Assembly: GCA_051294375.1 (NCBI GenBank)
Contig: CM119268.1
Span: forward strand, 20,429,672 to 20,493,671
Length of the DNA: 64,000 bases
Reading direction: 5' to 3'
From: Paraspadella gotoi
Taxonomy: Eukaryota > Animalia > Chaetognatha
Shown in pieces: positions 23,517-36,037 of this stretch. Made by a program: the position numbers and the translations under genes. The notes beneath the pieces were generated by a model that was not told the origin of the DNA, did not search any database, and saw only the letters and a list, made by a program, of their open reading frames with translations. The first letter of the stretch is position 1. The number at the start of each line of letters is the position of its first letter.

Positions 23517-25421
23517 GATGCGCCACATATCATTATAAAAAGGCCGTTATTTTTAATTGTGAAAAAACGTATTACATAATATTTTTATTGACATTGGACA
23601 TATATTAAAATATAAATTATATTAATGTTCGCTCCATTGTTTTTTAACTTCTTCAATTTCATTAGCAAGACTAAGACTACCCCACCTCTTTTTTGACCAA
23701 GTAAGGGTGGGCGCGGCATCTTGATCCCACCTCTCCTCGCGTATCTCTCGTGAAAGATCGGAGGAGACCAAAGATCTGAAGGCGATGATGAAGGACCATG
23801 CATCGACGGAGTCAGGTCTGTTTATAAAAGGAGGGTTAGATTTTTGGTCACAAAAGAATAAAAAGTTCGGATTAAAAAAGGTGAGCAAAATCAATTTTTA
23901 ATTCCAATCTCTAACCTATTCTCGAACCCTAAAACTACATATGTTAAATAAGTTATGTGTAGTGCGGGCAATTGCCTAAGTTCACCGGCTATAGGACTGA
24001 AACCTTCAATCTGTGACCCGGTGGCTCATTGAGTAAGACTCATGACACATGTACGGGTTCAATCCAACGCCGGTCCTACCCTACGGAAGCGTGAGGACGG
24101 CCGTAAGCCGCCTTGGGGAGTGGCAAACCCTCAAGCCTGGTTCCAAGCGCCGAAACCCGTTCCATAGGCTGCTAGAGGGGTTAAAGAAGTTGCGGATAGT
24201 ACTCTTCAGTAAGGCGTAGTAAAATTATCTAAATTTACTTAATTAAAATTCTAAAAGTGAGGAAACGACATATATTATATTAATTGAAATTCATATAATA
24301 AAAAAATTTATAATAAAATTTTACAAATTTACGCAGTAGGCCATATTTATACTATACTAAACCAATAATGTTAAAATTTCAGAACAGTTTTTTTCTAAGA
24401 TTTTTTTGCAGATTGGATTTGTCATAAAAAGTTGACAAAAAGAAATATAACTCTATTTTTGAAAAATCCTTCATTAAGTTGGTCAAAAATTAAAAAAAGC
24501 TATATTTTTAAGCTGAAAATTAACTTTTATATATTTAAATTATAGTTTTTTTAATTTTTACGACCACTTAATGAAAGAGTTTAAAAAATGATTTTATATT
24601 TCCTTTATCAACTTTTGACGAGGATTCAAAATCTGCAATCAAAATTAAGAAAAACCTATTTTGAAATTTTTCGTTATTATAAGGATAGTACTCATTATAA
24701 ATATACCTACTGCAAAAATTAAAAAACATAAAATTATTTTTTTTTACCAATTAATGTTCACTGATGGTATGTTGTTCATAATTGACTTTTAGAATTTTCG
24801 TATGTAACTTTCACTACGCTTACTCTTCAGCCCCACTTAGCGCCTTATTCACAATGACTTTAGGACGGTAGCTAGCCGGTACCACAATTTATTGCCGTAT
24901 TAAGCTTTTTAGATAATAATTATAAATATTAATTAAATAAAACCTACTTATTACTCTCTCGTGTTCGTCAGCCTTTTGCTCCATTCCGATCTTGACCTTC
25001 AAAGTTTCGAGACTGAAAAAGAATCAATAAAAAAGTTTTATCATTTTAAGGTGTTTGTCATTATGTTGGATTCTAATTTTTCGTCAATTATTTAAATTAA
25101 CAAAAGTTTTAACATAACCAAAAAATGGATACCTATTCCCATCCGTATTATTCTTGGTTCTTCGTCGATACCGATCTGATTCAAGATCAATTTGATCTTT
25201 TGTTGTTCCCGAAATTTGGATCGATTTTCCGTCCTCTTCAGGAAATCAACAATATAAAGATGGCCAAGAAATCGATGCGACGAGCCAAGTCTTCTGAGGT
25301 CAAAATTCCCCAAATTTAGAATTTAAATCACAAATTCAATTATTACAAATACAAGTACTTAACCTAAAGCAGACATTAGAAATGCCATTAGAATATAAAA
25401 GTTTCCATTCTTCAATCGTCA

Positions 25422-25461
<40 letters not shown>

Positions 25462-25505
25462 CTCTCTTCTCTCTCTCTCTCCTTTTTTTCTTTTTCTCTC
25501 TCACA

Positions 25506-25542
<37 letters not shown>

Positions 25543-25600
25543 CTCTCTCTCATCTTCTCTCTTTCTCTCTCTCTCTCCCTTTTTTTCTATTTCTCTCTCA

Positions 25601-25671
<71 letters not shown>

Positions 25672-27115
25672 TCCCCAACTCTATCCTTTTCTCAGTATTT
25701 CCTTCATTTTTCCTCTGTCTCAATAGTTCTATCGCTCTCTATTTCTTCCTCTTCTCTTGATTCATTATTTCAATTTCTCTTATGTTTCCTTCTTCATTTC
25801 CGGAATAAAAGAGAGAAAAGATTTCATTGTTCATTTTTTTTTCTCTTTGCATAATATATAATGCACTCGTTCTTTCACCCCTTCCTCTTATGATAAAAGT
25901 TATTACAAGTTTTATATTTTTACATTTATTTTTTATTTTTTTCTTTTCTTTTCTTTTTTAATATCTCCCCTTCCAAGAAGAGAAATCCACAAAACTCGAA
26001 ATCAAAAATTTGTATTTTCTTTTGATTTCTCAATTTTCGTTCTTCGATCGATCACCGTCGATCACTGTGACCCAGTTCTGCTCACTGTGACCCACCTACG
26101 ATCAAAAACATTCACCGGGATTCGCGTGTGAAAATCCTCATCGCCTTTATGACGTCATCTTCACAAATTTTTCACGATTTTTTCTCTTCTACGGAAACTT
26201 AAAAAAATTGTTAAAATTTAAATAGCTTAATTAATCACATTTTTAAAATAAAATCATTTTCAAACTTACTTATTATCTCCTCCTCTCCTCTCCTCTCCTC
26301 CCTACCCCATCTTCTCCTCATTCCGACGACCAGTTCCAAAACCTCAGCATCGACGACGCTGTAGTGAAGCGGATTGTTGNNNNNNNNNNNNNNNNNNNNN
26401 NNNNGGAGGAGGAGGAGGAGGAGGAGGAGATAATAAGTAAGTTTGAAAATGATTTTATTTTAAAAATGTTGATTAATTAAGCTATTTAAATTTTAACAAT
26501 TTTTTTTAAGTTCCGTAGAAAGAGAAAAAATCGTGAAAAATTGTGAAGATGACGTCATAAAGGCGATGAGGATTTCACACGCGAATCGCGTGAATGTTTT
26601 GATCGTAGGTGGGTCACAGTGAGCAGAACTGGGTCACAGTGATCGACGGTGATCGATCGAAGAACGAAAATTGAGAAATCAAAAGAAAATACAAATTTTG
26701 ATTTCGAGTTTTTGTGGATTCTCTTCTTGGAAGGGGAGATATTAAAAAAAGAAAAGAAAAGAAAAAAATAAAAATAAATGTAAAAATATAAAACTTGTAA
26801 TAACTTTTATCATAAGAGGAAGGGGTGGAAAGAACGAGTGCATTATATATTATGCAAAGAGAAAAAAAATGAACAATGAAATCTTTTCTCTCTTTATTCC
26901 GGAAATGAAGAAGGAAACATAAGAGAAATTGAAATAAATGAATCAAGAGAAAGAGGAAGAAATAGAGAGCGATAGAACTATTGAGACAGAGGAAAAATGA
27001 AGGAAATACTGAGAAAAGGATAGAGTTGGGGGGAGGGAGANNNNNNNNNNNNNNNNNNNNNNNNNTCTCTTTCTCTCTTCTCTCTCTCTCTCCCTTTTTT
27101 TCTTTTTCTCTCTCA

Positions 27116-27166
<51 letters not shown>

Positions 27167-27212
27167 TTCTCTCTTTCTCTCTCTCTCTCCCTTTTTTTCT
27201 ATTTCTTCTCTC

Positions 27213-27256
<44 letters not shown>

Positions 27257-28158
27257 TCTCTCTCTCTCTCTCTCTCTCCTCTCCCTCCCCCAACTCTATC
27301 CTTTTCTCAGTATTTCCTTCATTTTTCCTCTGTCTCAATAGTTCTATCGCTCTCTATTTCTTCCTCTTCTCTTGATTCATTTATTTCAATTTTCTCTTAT
27401 GTTTCCTTCTTCATTTCCGGAATAAAGAAGAAGAAAAGATTTCATTGTTCATTTTTTTTTCTCTTTGCATAATATATAATGCACTCGTTCTTTCCACCCC
27501 TTCCTCTTATGATAAAAGTTATTACAAGTTTTATATTTTTTACATTTATTTTTATTTTTTTTCTTTTCTTTTCTTTTTTTTTAATATCTCCCTTCCAAGA
27601 AGAGAATCCACAAAAACTCGAAATCAAAATTTGTATTTTCTTTTTGATTTCTCAATTTTCGTTCTTCGATCGATCACCGTCGATCACTGTGACCCAGTTC
27701 TGCTCACTGTGACCCACCTACGATCAAAACATTCACGCGATTCGCGTGTGAAATCCTCATCGCCTTTATGACGTCATCTTCACAAATTTTTCACGATTTT
27801 TTCTCTTTCTACGGAACTTAAAAAAATTGTTAAAATTTAAATAGCTTAATTAATCACATTTTTAAAATAAAATCATTTTCAAACTTACTTATTATCTCCT
27901 CCTCCTCCTCCTCCTCCTCCTACCCATCCTTCTCCTCATTCCGACGACCAGTTCCAAAACCTCAGCATCACGAGCTGTAGTGAAGCGGATTGCTGTAGAT
28001 GCGGAAGACGCGCGGGTGGAGCTGTGGCGTCGGCGGCTGCTGCTGCTGTTGCCGTCCTCTTGCTGCTGCTCGAGGAAACGTCGCACAAAAACAAATTATC
28101 CAAGGCATCGGTGAAAGCGATGGGAGATTCTGAAGAAAAAGTTACATGAAATTAAAAT

Positions 28159-28198
<40 letters not shown>

Positions 28199-29327
28199 TG
28201 ACGATTGAAGAATGGAAACTTTTATATTCTAATGGCATTTCTAATCTCTGGCTTTAAAGGTTAAGTACTTGTATTTGTAATAATTGGAATTTGTGATTTT
28301 AAATTCTAAATTTGGGGAATTTTGACCTCAGAAGACTTGGCTCGTCGCATCGATTTCTTGGCCATCTTTATATTCGTTGATTTCCTGAAGAGGACGGGAA
28401 AATCGATCCAAATTTTCGGGAACAACAAAAGATCAAATTTGATCTTGAATCAGATCGGTATCGAAGCGAAGAACCAAGAATATACGGATGGGAATAGGTA
28501 TCCATTTTTGGTTATGTTAAAACTTTTGTTAATTTAAATAAATTGACGAAAAATTAGATCCAAACATAATGACAAACACCTTAAAATGATAAAACTTTTT
28601 TATTGATTTGCTTTTTCAGTCTCGAAACTTTGAAGGTCAAGATCGGAATGGAGCAAAAGGCTGACGAACACGAGAGAGTAATAAGTAGGTTTTATTTAAT
28701 TAATATTTATAATTATTATCTAAAAAGCTTAATACGGCAATAAATTGTGGTACCGGCTAGCTACCGTCCTAAAGTCATTGTGAATAAGGCGCTAAGTGGG
28801 GCTGAAGAGTACTATCCGCAACTTCTTTAACCCCCTCTAGCAGCCATGGAACGGGTTCTGGGCTTGGAACCAGGCTTGAGGGTTTGCCACTCCCCCAAGG
28901 CGGCTTACGGCCGTCCTCACGCTTCCCGTAGGGTAGGTACCGGGTTGGGATTGAACCCGGTACCCAGTGGTCATGAGCTTTACTCAATGAGCCACCGGGT
29001 CACAATTGAAGGTGTCATGCTTATAGCCGGGTGAACTTAGGCAATGCCCGACTACACATAACTTATTAACTATGTAGTTTTTAGGGTTCGGAATAAGGTT
29101 AGAGATTGGATTAAAAATTAGGATTTTGCTCACCTCTTTTTTAAATCCGACTTTTTATCTTTTGTGACCAAAATCTACCTCCTTTTATAACAGACCTGAC
29201 TCCGTCCGATGCGATTGTCCTCATCATCGCCTTCAGATCTTTGATCTCCTCCGATCTTCACGAGAGATACGCGAGGAGAGGGTTGGGATTCAAGATGGCC
29301 GCGCCCAGCCTTACTGGTCAAAAAGAG
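14956..29327 (+). CDS. DGLUCY: D-glutamate cyclase-like gene, paralog B (exons 1-9; 3' half scrambled in this assembly)
   Basis: Exons 14956-15118, 18019-18172, 20818-21010, 21381-21657, 22921-~23063 (truncated; fuller copy inverted at about 27889-28130), 26511-26608, 28332-28497, 28620-28684, 29194-29327. Exon phases and motifs match paralog A (QANIMIVP, GCSYSFEAAL, PMVVSLRP, FWACGIT, RISHAN, LHERYARRGLG). Exons 1-4 are frame-intact. Confidence 0.85.
15412..16594 (-). mobile_element. Helentron/DINE-1-like non-autonomous element (complete)
   Basis: The 5' end lies in a T-run and carries the inverted repeat agtcggatctgc..gcagattccgact. It is followed by a (GTCC)n microsatellite and internal ~150-bp subrepeats (aatcacacactttcctacccac). 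The 3' end carries gcagatccgac plus the hairpin gtttg-ct-caaac. No TSD. Confidence 0.7.
15465..15806. repeat. 18-bp minisatellite (caactgacataatttggt)n plus (AATC)n
   Basis: About 15 units to 15745, then an AATC run. Lies inside the Helentron-like element. Confidence 0.9.
16885..17575 (-). mobile_element. Complete TRIM, family B (TG..CA LTRs with tRNA-like module), in intron 1 of paralog B
   Basis: 285-bp LTRs at 16885-17169 and 17291-17575 enclose a 121-bp interior. Minus-strand PBS TGGTGAGCCC at 17280-17289, G-run PPT at 17172-17177, TSD ATAT at 16881-16884 and 17576-17579. A partial noisy copy lies at 49796-50270. Confidence 0.93.
17042..17113 (-). ncRNA. tRNA-derived module in family B LTR (CAT at anticodon position); not a bona fide tRNA gene
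   Basis: 72 nt reading GACCCGG-TGGCTCATTGAG (A-box-like)...CTCATGA loop...AGGTA-CCAGG-TTCAATC (B box GGTTCAATCC)...CCGGTAC. The acceptor stem is only partly paired. Confidence 0.68.
17718..19555 (+). repeat. Three dispersed copies of a ~120-180-bp repeat around exon 2 of paralog B
   Basis: tatgaaattgg..gctatcttgcccctgactttgg..ggtttaaggcctccatcactcttacaagataat occurs at about 17718, 19118 and 19432, with a noisy relative at about 39800-39920. Confidence 0.8.
21806..22671. mobile_element. Fold-back element with ~295-bp inverted arms in intron 4 of paralog B
   Basis: 21806-~22100 is the reverse complement of ~22375-22671 (for example aaactgatcagcagacgcagcccctgag). The same structure is present in the second copy at about 54705-55592. 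Confidence 0.85.
24210..24822. mobile_element. hAT-type MITE inserted in a family B solo LTR
   Basis: Imperfect TIRs taaggcgtagtaaaatta and taactttcactacgctta, exact 8-bp TSD CTCTTCAG (24202-24209 and 24823-24830), AT-rich non-coding interior. Confidence 0.85.
28779..29056 (-). mobile_element. Solo LTR of TRIM family B (intron 8 of paralog B)
   Basis: TG...CA match to 16885-17169, with CAT on both flanks. The same locus recurs inverted at about 23957-24854 and noisily at about 57649-57944. Confidence 0.88.
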
Positions 29328-29489
29328 GTGGGTAGGTCTTAGTCTGCTAATGAATTGAAGGAAGTTAAAAAAACAATGGAGGACATTATATAATTATATT
29401 TTAATATATTGTCCAATGTCAATGAAAAATATTATGTAAACGTTTTTTCACAATTAAAAATAACGGCTTTTATAATGGAATAGTGTGCG

Positions 29490-29563
<74 letters not shown>

Positions 29564-30588
29564 AAAATAGCAGTAGACGCGAGAAACCCTTTGATTTCAA
29601 GTTTTCACTCAGGACTTTAAATTGTCCCCAATCAAGCGACTTCGTTCCTTCGTACGAATCTGCGATGTTTGTCAAGCAGCGACAAATCTAGTTTCGGAGA
29701 GATTTAATTTTAAAAAGCTTTTATCTTGGGGAGAAAGTCTTTTTACGATCGTGAATTTGATGGTGTGATTTCGTAATTTCGTGATTTTGTAGAAGCCATT
29801 TCTCTCATCGTGAAAACCGATGAGAGAGTGTTGAGGATTAATGTCTTTGGAGCCGAAAAGTCCTAGGTTCTACCGCTGTTGACGTCGAGCAGTTAAGTTG
29901 AAGGGAGCTCCTGACCAGCCTGAAGCATAGTGCTGCCGCTATGCCCCCATGGCCTGCTGCTCTCCCGTATGAACCTTTTATCAATTCATAACAATACTTA
30001 ATTCTCTGTCATAACTATGTACGTTTCTCCTGCAGCTGGAATTTAGAAAGTTTATTTTGAAAAGGACTTTTGCTGTGTTTATAGTGATTGGGGGGCAGAG
30101 GCTGGGATGCGGCCAGGGGCGTAGTAGTGGGGGCGGAAAGGTTAGGGTAAGTTAAATGGATTCGGGCGGTGAGGAAAAGCGGGACGCGAGAGACTCGAGT
30201 CAAAGTTTGGAAAATCGTTTTTGTTGATACTTAGTCCCTAAAACCCAACGCCAGTTTTAAGCCTTTGGTTTGCCAAACACGAGCTTTAGACCTGAGAGGG
30301 CAAAGCGAAAATTAAAGAATGANNNNNNNNNNNNNNNNNNNNNNNNNTCTTTTTTAAAAATCAAAGAGAATAGCTGGAGAGTAAATTTATAAGAATTATT
30401 ATCAAATTGTGATATGGCTTATCTTAAAATTTTCCTTTTTTCTCAGCGCCTTTCAAATGATACTTATAATAATATAATATTTTTGTTATATAATTTAAAA
30501 CTAGGTCATATATTTTGAAAAAAGATTTAAAAATTTTAAATAATTCACTTTTGACAGCTCTTAATTGAACCAAGCTGGGCCAGCTCAC

Positions 30589-32325
30589 TTTTTTAGTCGA
30601 TCTGCTTATCAGCAGATCCCGACTCTATAACTCACCTTTTATAAACTACTTTTTCGGTCCGTCGGTCCGCCCCCTCAAATATTGTCGGGCACACCACTTA
30701 TAATCATGTCAGAAATCGAATTAAATGATAATTATCAAAAAAATGATGTCCGTTGCGTTCCGTCTGTCTGTCCGTCGTCCTATCCGTGCCGTCGCGTCCG
30801 TGCCGTCCGTTGGCCGTCCGCACCTTAGGCAAAAAACACCAATTAACTCGTGGATTGGACTTTGCGATGATTTACAAATGAAATTTTGTGTTGTGGATAG
30901 GTAAGTGTGTTGATTGAGCTGGATAATTAAGTTTGATGGAAATCGTCCGAGTGGAAATGAGTTTAAATGGAAAAAACAAAAAAAATTATTCACTATTTGA
31001 AGCACCAATTGCTCATGAGTGGATGGGGCTTGATTGACCTGGAATTTTGTATGTTGGGTAGGAAAGTGTGTGATTGAAGCGGAAATCAAGTTTCGATGGA
31101 ATAGTTTGAGTGGAAATGAGTTTAAATGGAAAAAAACAAAAAACCCTGTTTTAACTAATTGATTATGCTTCTTTTTCCTTTATATTAAATGTATCTGCAG
31201 GATGTATTAATAAATCAAATAATGTAATCAAGTTAATTAATCAATTATAAAATAAATTAATTCAATAATTTAATTAAATTAGTCAATCAATCCGTCATCC
31301 GTCCCATCTTAGCAAAAAAGCTCCAATAACTCGTTGATTGGCCTGGTTGGATTGGAATTATTTTGTTGTGTGGGTAGGAAAAGTGTGTGATAAAGCTGGA
31401 TATAAAAATTTCGATGGAAATCGTGTGAGTGGAAATTAGTTTAAAATGGAAAAAAACATAAGTCGAATTTACTAAAATCTTTACTTATTTTAACCAATAA
31501 ATAACTCCTATTAATCATAATTGGATGGATAGATTGAGTTGAAAATTTTGTGTGTGGGTAGGAAACGTATGACGAAGCTTGATATAAAGTTTCAGTGGAA
31601 ACAGTACCCGCAGTGGAGATGAAGTTTTAAATGAAAAAATATGAGTCCATTTACTTAATCTTTTAATTTATTTTAACCCATGATAGATTGAGAAATGAAA
31701 TTTTTTGTGAGCCGGTAGGAAAGTGAGTGAAGAAGCTTAGATATAAAGTTTTGACGGAATTGGCAAGTTGAAAAAATTATGCAAGTTGAAAAAAATGATG
31801 CCCAAGTTAAAAAAATCTTAAAAGCATAGGAATCGGTCGCTATTTTGCAATAAAAAGAGAGAGAGCAGAGAGCAGAGAGAAAGAAGAGTGTGAAGAGAGA
31901 GAGAGAGAGTGAGAGAAGAAAGAGAGAGGTGAGAGAGAGAAGAGAGAGAGAGAGAAGGAGACATAAAAAAATAAAAAAATCTAAAAAGACTCAAGATCGA
32001 GCAAGAGCCCACTATCATAGAAAATTAATGAAAAAAAGCGCGGGAAAAACGAATGAATCATGCGATAACGGAATTGTTGATGTTACTAGTAATTGAATTA
32101 GTAATAACTAATTGATTGATGTAAATATATTTATTGATGTAAATTAGGAATTAGATTATGATTCGATGAAAAATCAATTATTGATGCGATGATAGTCCAT
32201 TCCCTTGCTTGTGATGAATAGTCATTCAGATGATGCGATGAATATGGTCATTCATTGATGGCGAATGATTGTCATCTCATTGATGCGAATGATAGTCAAT
32301 AAAACAAACAAATGCGTGTATGAGT

Positions 32326-32375
<50 letters not shown>

Positions 32376-32380
32376 AAGAA

Positions 32381-32415
<35 letters not shown>

Positions 32416-32917
32416 AAGAAAGAGAATAAATACCACGAAAAATCCTCGGAATGAAAATATGGGATTTTGTATTGAAAAAGTGCGGAATATGGCAATAATA
32501 AAAAGTTTTTAGAAGGAAAAAAATAATCAGAAATTTTTCAAAAAAACAAACAATCACGACAAAAGAATCGGACAGATAGGTGACAGACACAACAACAGAA
32601 GACAGAGAGACAGAGAGAGAGAGAGAAAAAGAGAGAGAGAGAGAGAGACAGCCGCTGCAGAGAAAAAGAGAAAGAGAAAGAGCGATATATAATAATTAAA
32701 AGAGAGAGAGAGAGAGAGAAGCATCTTACAGCCCCTTTACTCGTTAAAAGAATGCAGCAGTACTATATGGCGCCCGCACGTAGCGTGAGCTATTCTCTAC
32801 CCAAAGGACGCCGGGTTTTTTCGCACCCTGTTCGGCGGGCAATCGTTTTTTAACATTAGTGAACCCTTCAACATTATATTAAAAAATTGTTTGTAAAAAT
32901 GAGAGAGAGAGAAGAGA

Positions 32918-32949
<32 letters not shown>

Positions 32950-33500
32950 AAGAGCTGGACAAGACGCTGCAGAGGCGGAACTCGTTTTTAGAAGAAGCAG
33001 TGACCGGGAGAAAAAGAGAGAGAGAGAGAGCGACATATATTAAAACGTTTTTGTTTTGTAAATAAAAACATAAACTAAAATACCAATATTGATAAATGAA
33101 ACAATGAAGAATTTTAAAGATGCTTGATGATTAGAAGCCCATATATGAAAATTCAACACCTATGATACTCACACTTTCAGAAGCCAGATTGGCAAAAAGC
33201 GAGACGCACCGAAAGCTAAACCGAAAAAAATCTAGACAGGACGGGCTTTTGCCCGCTCTGGGCTCGATAATAGAGGATATTTGTTTGTTTTGATAAAATG
33301 TAAAACAAAAACATTTTAATAACTGTCCCTGACTCAATTTAAAGGACATCGAATGATACAAAGCTGAAATAAAATTATAATTAATCTATAATTAATTAAT
33401 CTATTAATTAATTAATTAATCCTATTAATTAATTAATTATTAATCAATTAATTAATTAATGTATCGTAGGCAGAATCCGACATTGTTTGCTCAAAACTTG
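30589..33500 (+). mobile_element. Helentron/DINE-1-like element (long, noisy; may be composite)
   Basis: 5' inverted repeat at about 30595-30625, (GTCC)n tract, several subrepeats to about 31760, and a matching 3' motif ggcagaatccgacattgtttgctcaaaacttg at about 33469-33500. Confidence 0.55.
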
Positions 33501-33929
33501 TTAATGTTAGAGCTTTTCGTAAGTATATTCATCGTCTCTTCATATTTTTAAGGGCTTTCTGAGGAATATTAATATTGTTAATATTTTAAATAAACACTTT
33601 GTTTTAAAAAGTGTTAAAAGTTAAAAAAAAAGAATTTAAAAACAGTGAGTTGGAAAAATGAAACCCGATTTACAAGCCAACTTTCTCCCACTCCATTGTC
33701 AAGGCCATATCTTAAACTGATCACTAATAAAAGTTTTAAACACATAAATAGTTTTAGTATTTTCTAAACTCAACTAATTTTTAAAATAAAAAAAATTAAC
33801 TACTGGTTTACAAATGAACAAGCGTATTTCTGAGCCGGCGCTTGTTAAAAATTATCACCATGTATATGAGCTAATTCAATATGCTTTCCTAATTATTTTG
33901 CCAATTCTTTAACGTGACGCTTTCAATAA

Positions 33930-36037
33930 GACCTTGTCTATTGGTCCGCAGCCGCGCGTGGCCAATGGGGAAATAACAGTAGAAGGCAACCAGTGAACTC
34001 GGTTGTTCTTGAATGTTTTTGCGGTTGAAGACCAGATTCGGTCCTGTTGTCAATGCGAAAAACAAAAAAAAAAATAATTTCAAGAGCAAAAGTTAGATAT
34101 TTTTCAGATTTTCTTCTCGTTGAATATACATATGATTCTATTCTATGAAAAAAATCGTTGAAGTTCTCTCCTCTGTTCGAAAATGTTCTCAACAAAAGAC
34201 AATAAGAGATCGAAAACAAAAAATATTAAGAAATTAAAGGAATTGGGAAATGTCACCGAGAAAAATGAAAATCTGACGGATAAAAGATAGAAATCGGCCT
34301 GTTTTTAGGTTCCTGAATTCCATCCAATATTGAATATAAATTAATAATTATTAAAAACGTTATATATCATTAACTAATAGCATTACCTTAAAAATACTGC
34401 TCGAACTGGCTATCGATGAAAGCCTCCAAACCGGCTCCAACATTCCTCGTTATTGACGGCGTCTCCGATCCACCGTTGTCTACGATGGTGAGACGGAGTT
34501 TGACGCCGCGTTCCTCGTCTCGCAACATCTTCTTCTCGATGTTGGACGTCTTGTCGATGCGCTCCTTCCACCGCCCACAGTTTACGGTCTTTGTTAAGAG
34601 ATCTGTCGAGGAAAGGATTTTCCCCAGCCGAGGGATGGGGGGAAGTCACGGTGAATAGTTCGAGAAAGTGAAGTTGTGATGTGTGAAAGTTGTCATTATT
34701 TGACGAAAGCCCCCATTTCTTTCTTGAATCTTGAGCTCAATTTTTAATCCTGTTATCTAATCTTAATCTTTTAACAAACCTCCACCGGCTAAACTCTAAC
34801 CACATAATCGTGGACTTAAATAACTTAATAATTAATAACATAAAAATTAAATTAATTAGGAAAAAATCCTTAACCCTGGAACAATTATGCGTAATCCTTA
34901 AAACCAATAATCCTTTACCCCTAATCCCCTGACCAGTGACCACTCCATAACCAAACCCCATCACCTCACTCTCAACCTCTGATGCTAATCTTTAAATTTA
35001 AAAATCTGACCCATACTGATATTAAGCATAAATGGGAACGCTTTAGTAATATTACTATCTAGGAAAAAACTAGCTCTTATACAGCAAATTGAGGTGTGAC
35101 AGTGAAATGTTTTTGGCATCTTTAAACACAATTCTTTTTACGCCTCGATGTTGATGTTGAGCATCTTTCCCCTTTTTCTGAGAGCTATAATAACATTTTT
35201 TTTGGAGGCAAAATGGTGGGAAAACTAAATACTAATTTTTTTTGATCTATTTTTCATTTGAAGTAAACAATATTTTTTGCCTGTAACTTCTTAAAACGAT
35301 TTGATCTAGCAAAAAAAAATTAAAAGAAGCTACCTAAAAAGAAATTCAATGTAGAATTCGGAATTTTTAAATTTTTATTTTAAAAAGTCAAATAAAAGTT
35401 TTTGAGTAGATATCTTTTATTAAAAATGTGATATAGTTGGAAACTGTCAAAAACATGCTGTTGGGTAAGAGTTGATTTCCCGAGTCCAGATTCGCCAACG
35501 ACCAATGAGAGTGAAATCGAAGCCGCGTTTCACCGATTTTGCGATGAAATTATTTAATGAATTCAATGCTGTGAGATTATGCATAGCAGATATTTTTGTA
35601 CGAGAACTGCTAAGTTTTAAACGAATGTTCAAGTTTAGGAACGTGACTTTTTTCTTTATTTCTTTCGTTCTAGTTATTGCATTTAATTTATTTATAATAT
35701 ATATATATAGTTATTTATTATATATTATATTTATGTTTGTTTGTTTTTTTCTTTGTTTTCTTTATTTTTTCTTCTTTATTATTTTTTTTCTTTCTTTCTG
35801 TACTTATTTTTTTTCTTTTCTTTCTTTTTTCTTTTCTTTCTTTTATTTATTTCCTTATTTTCTTTCCCTATTTCTTTTTTCTTCTTTTCTTCTTTATTTC
35901 TTTTCCATTTTTCTTCGTCCCATTCACACTGTTCCAGGGAGGGTGGCGAATCCAGATCCCAATGCCGACGATGCGTCGCCCTCCTCTCTACTTCCGGCAT
36001 CACAATCTGTCCGCTTGGATTTTCGCGAACTGAACCT
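33930..36037 (-). CDS. Septin (SEPT2/4/5 group), N-terminal GTPase exons, frameshift-ridden sequence
   Basis: Minus-strand pieces: GFATLPEQ (about 35931-35955); HRKSVKRGFDFTL.VGESGLGKSTL.NSMFLT (about 35446-35552, G1 P-loop); ERIDKT..EERGVKLRLTIVD..GDAVNNEECW..FIDSQFEQYF (about 34387-34620); ESGL.NRKNIQ.NRVH.CL....IGH.LRPID (about 33930-34045). Reading them requires bridging many indels. The C-terminal exons were not recognised. Confidence 0.85.
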
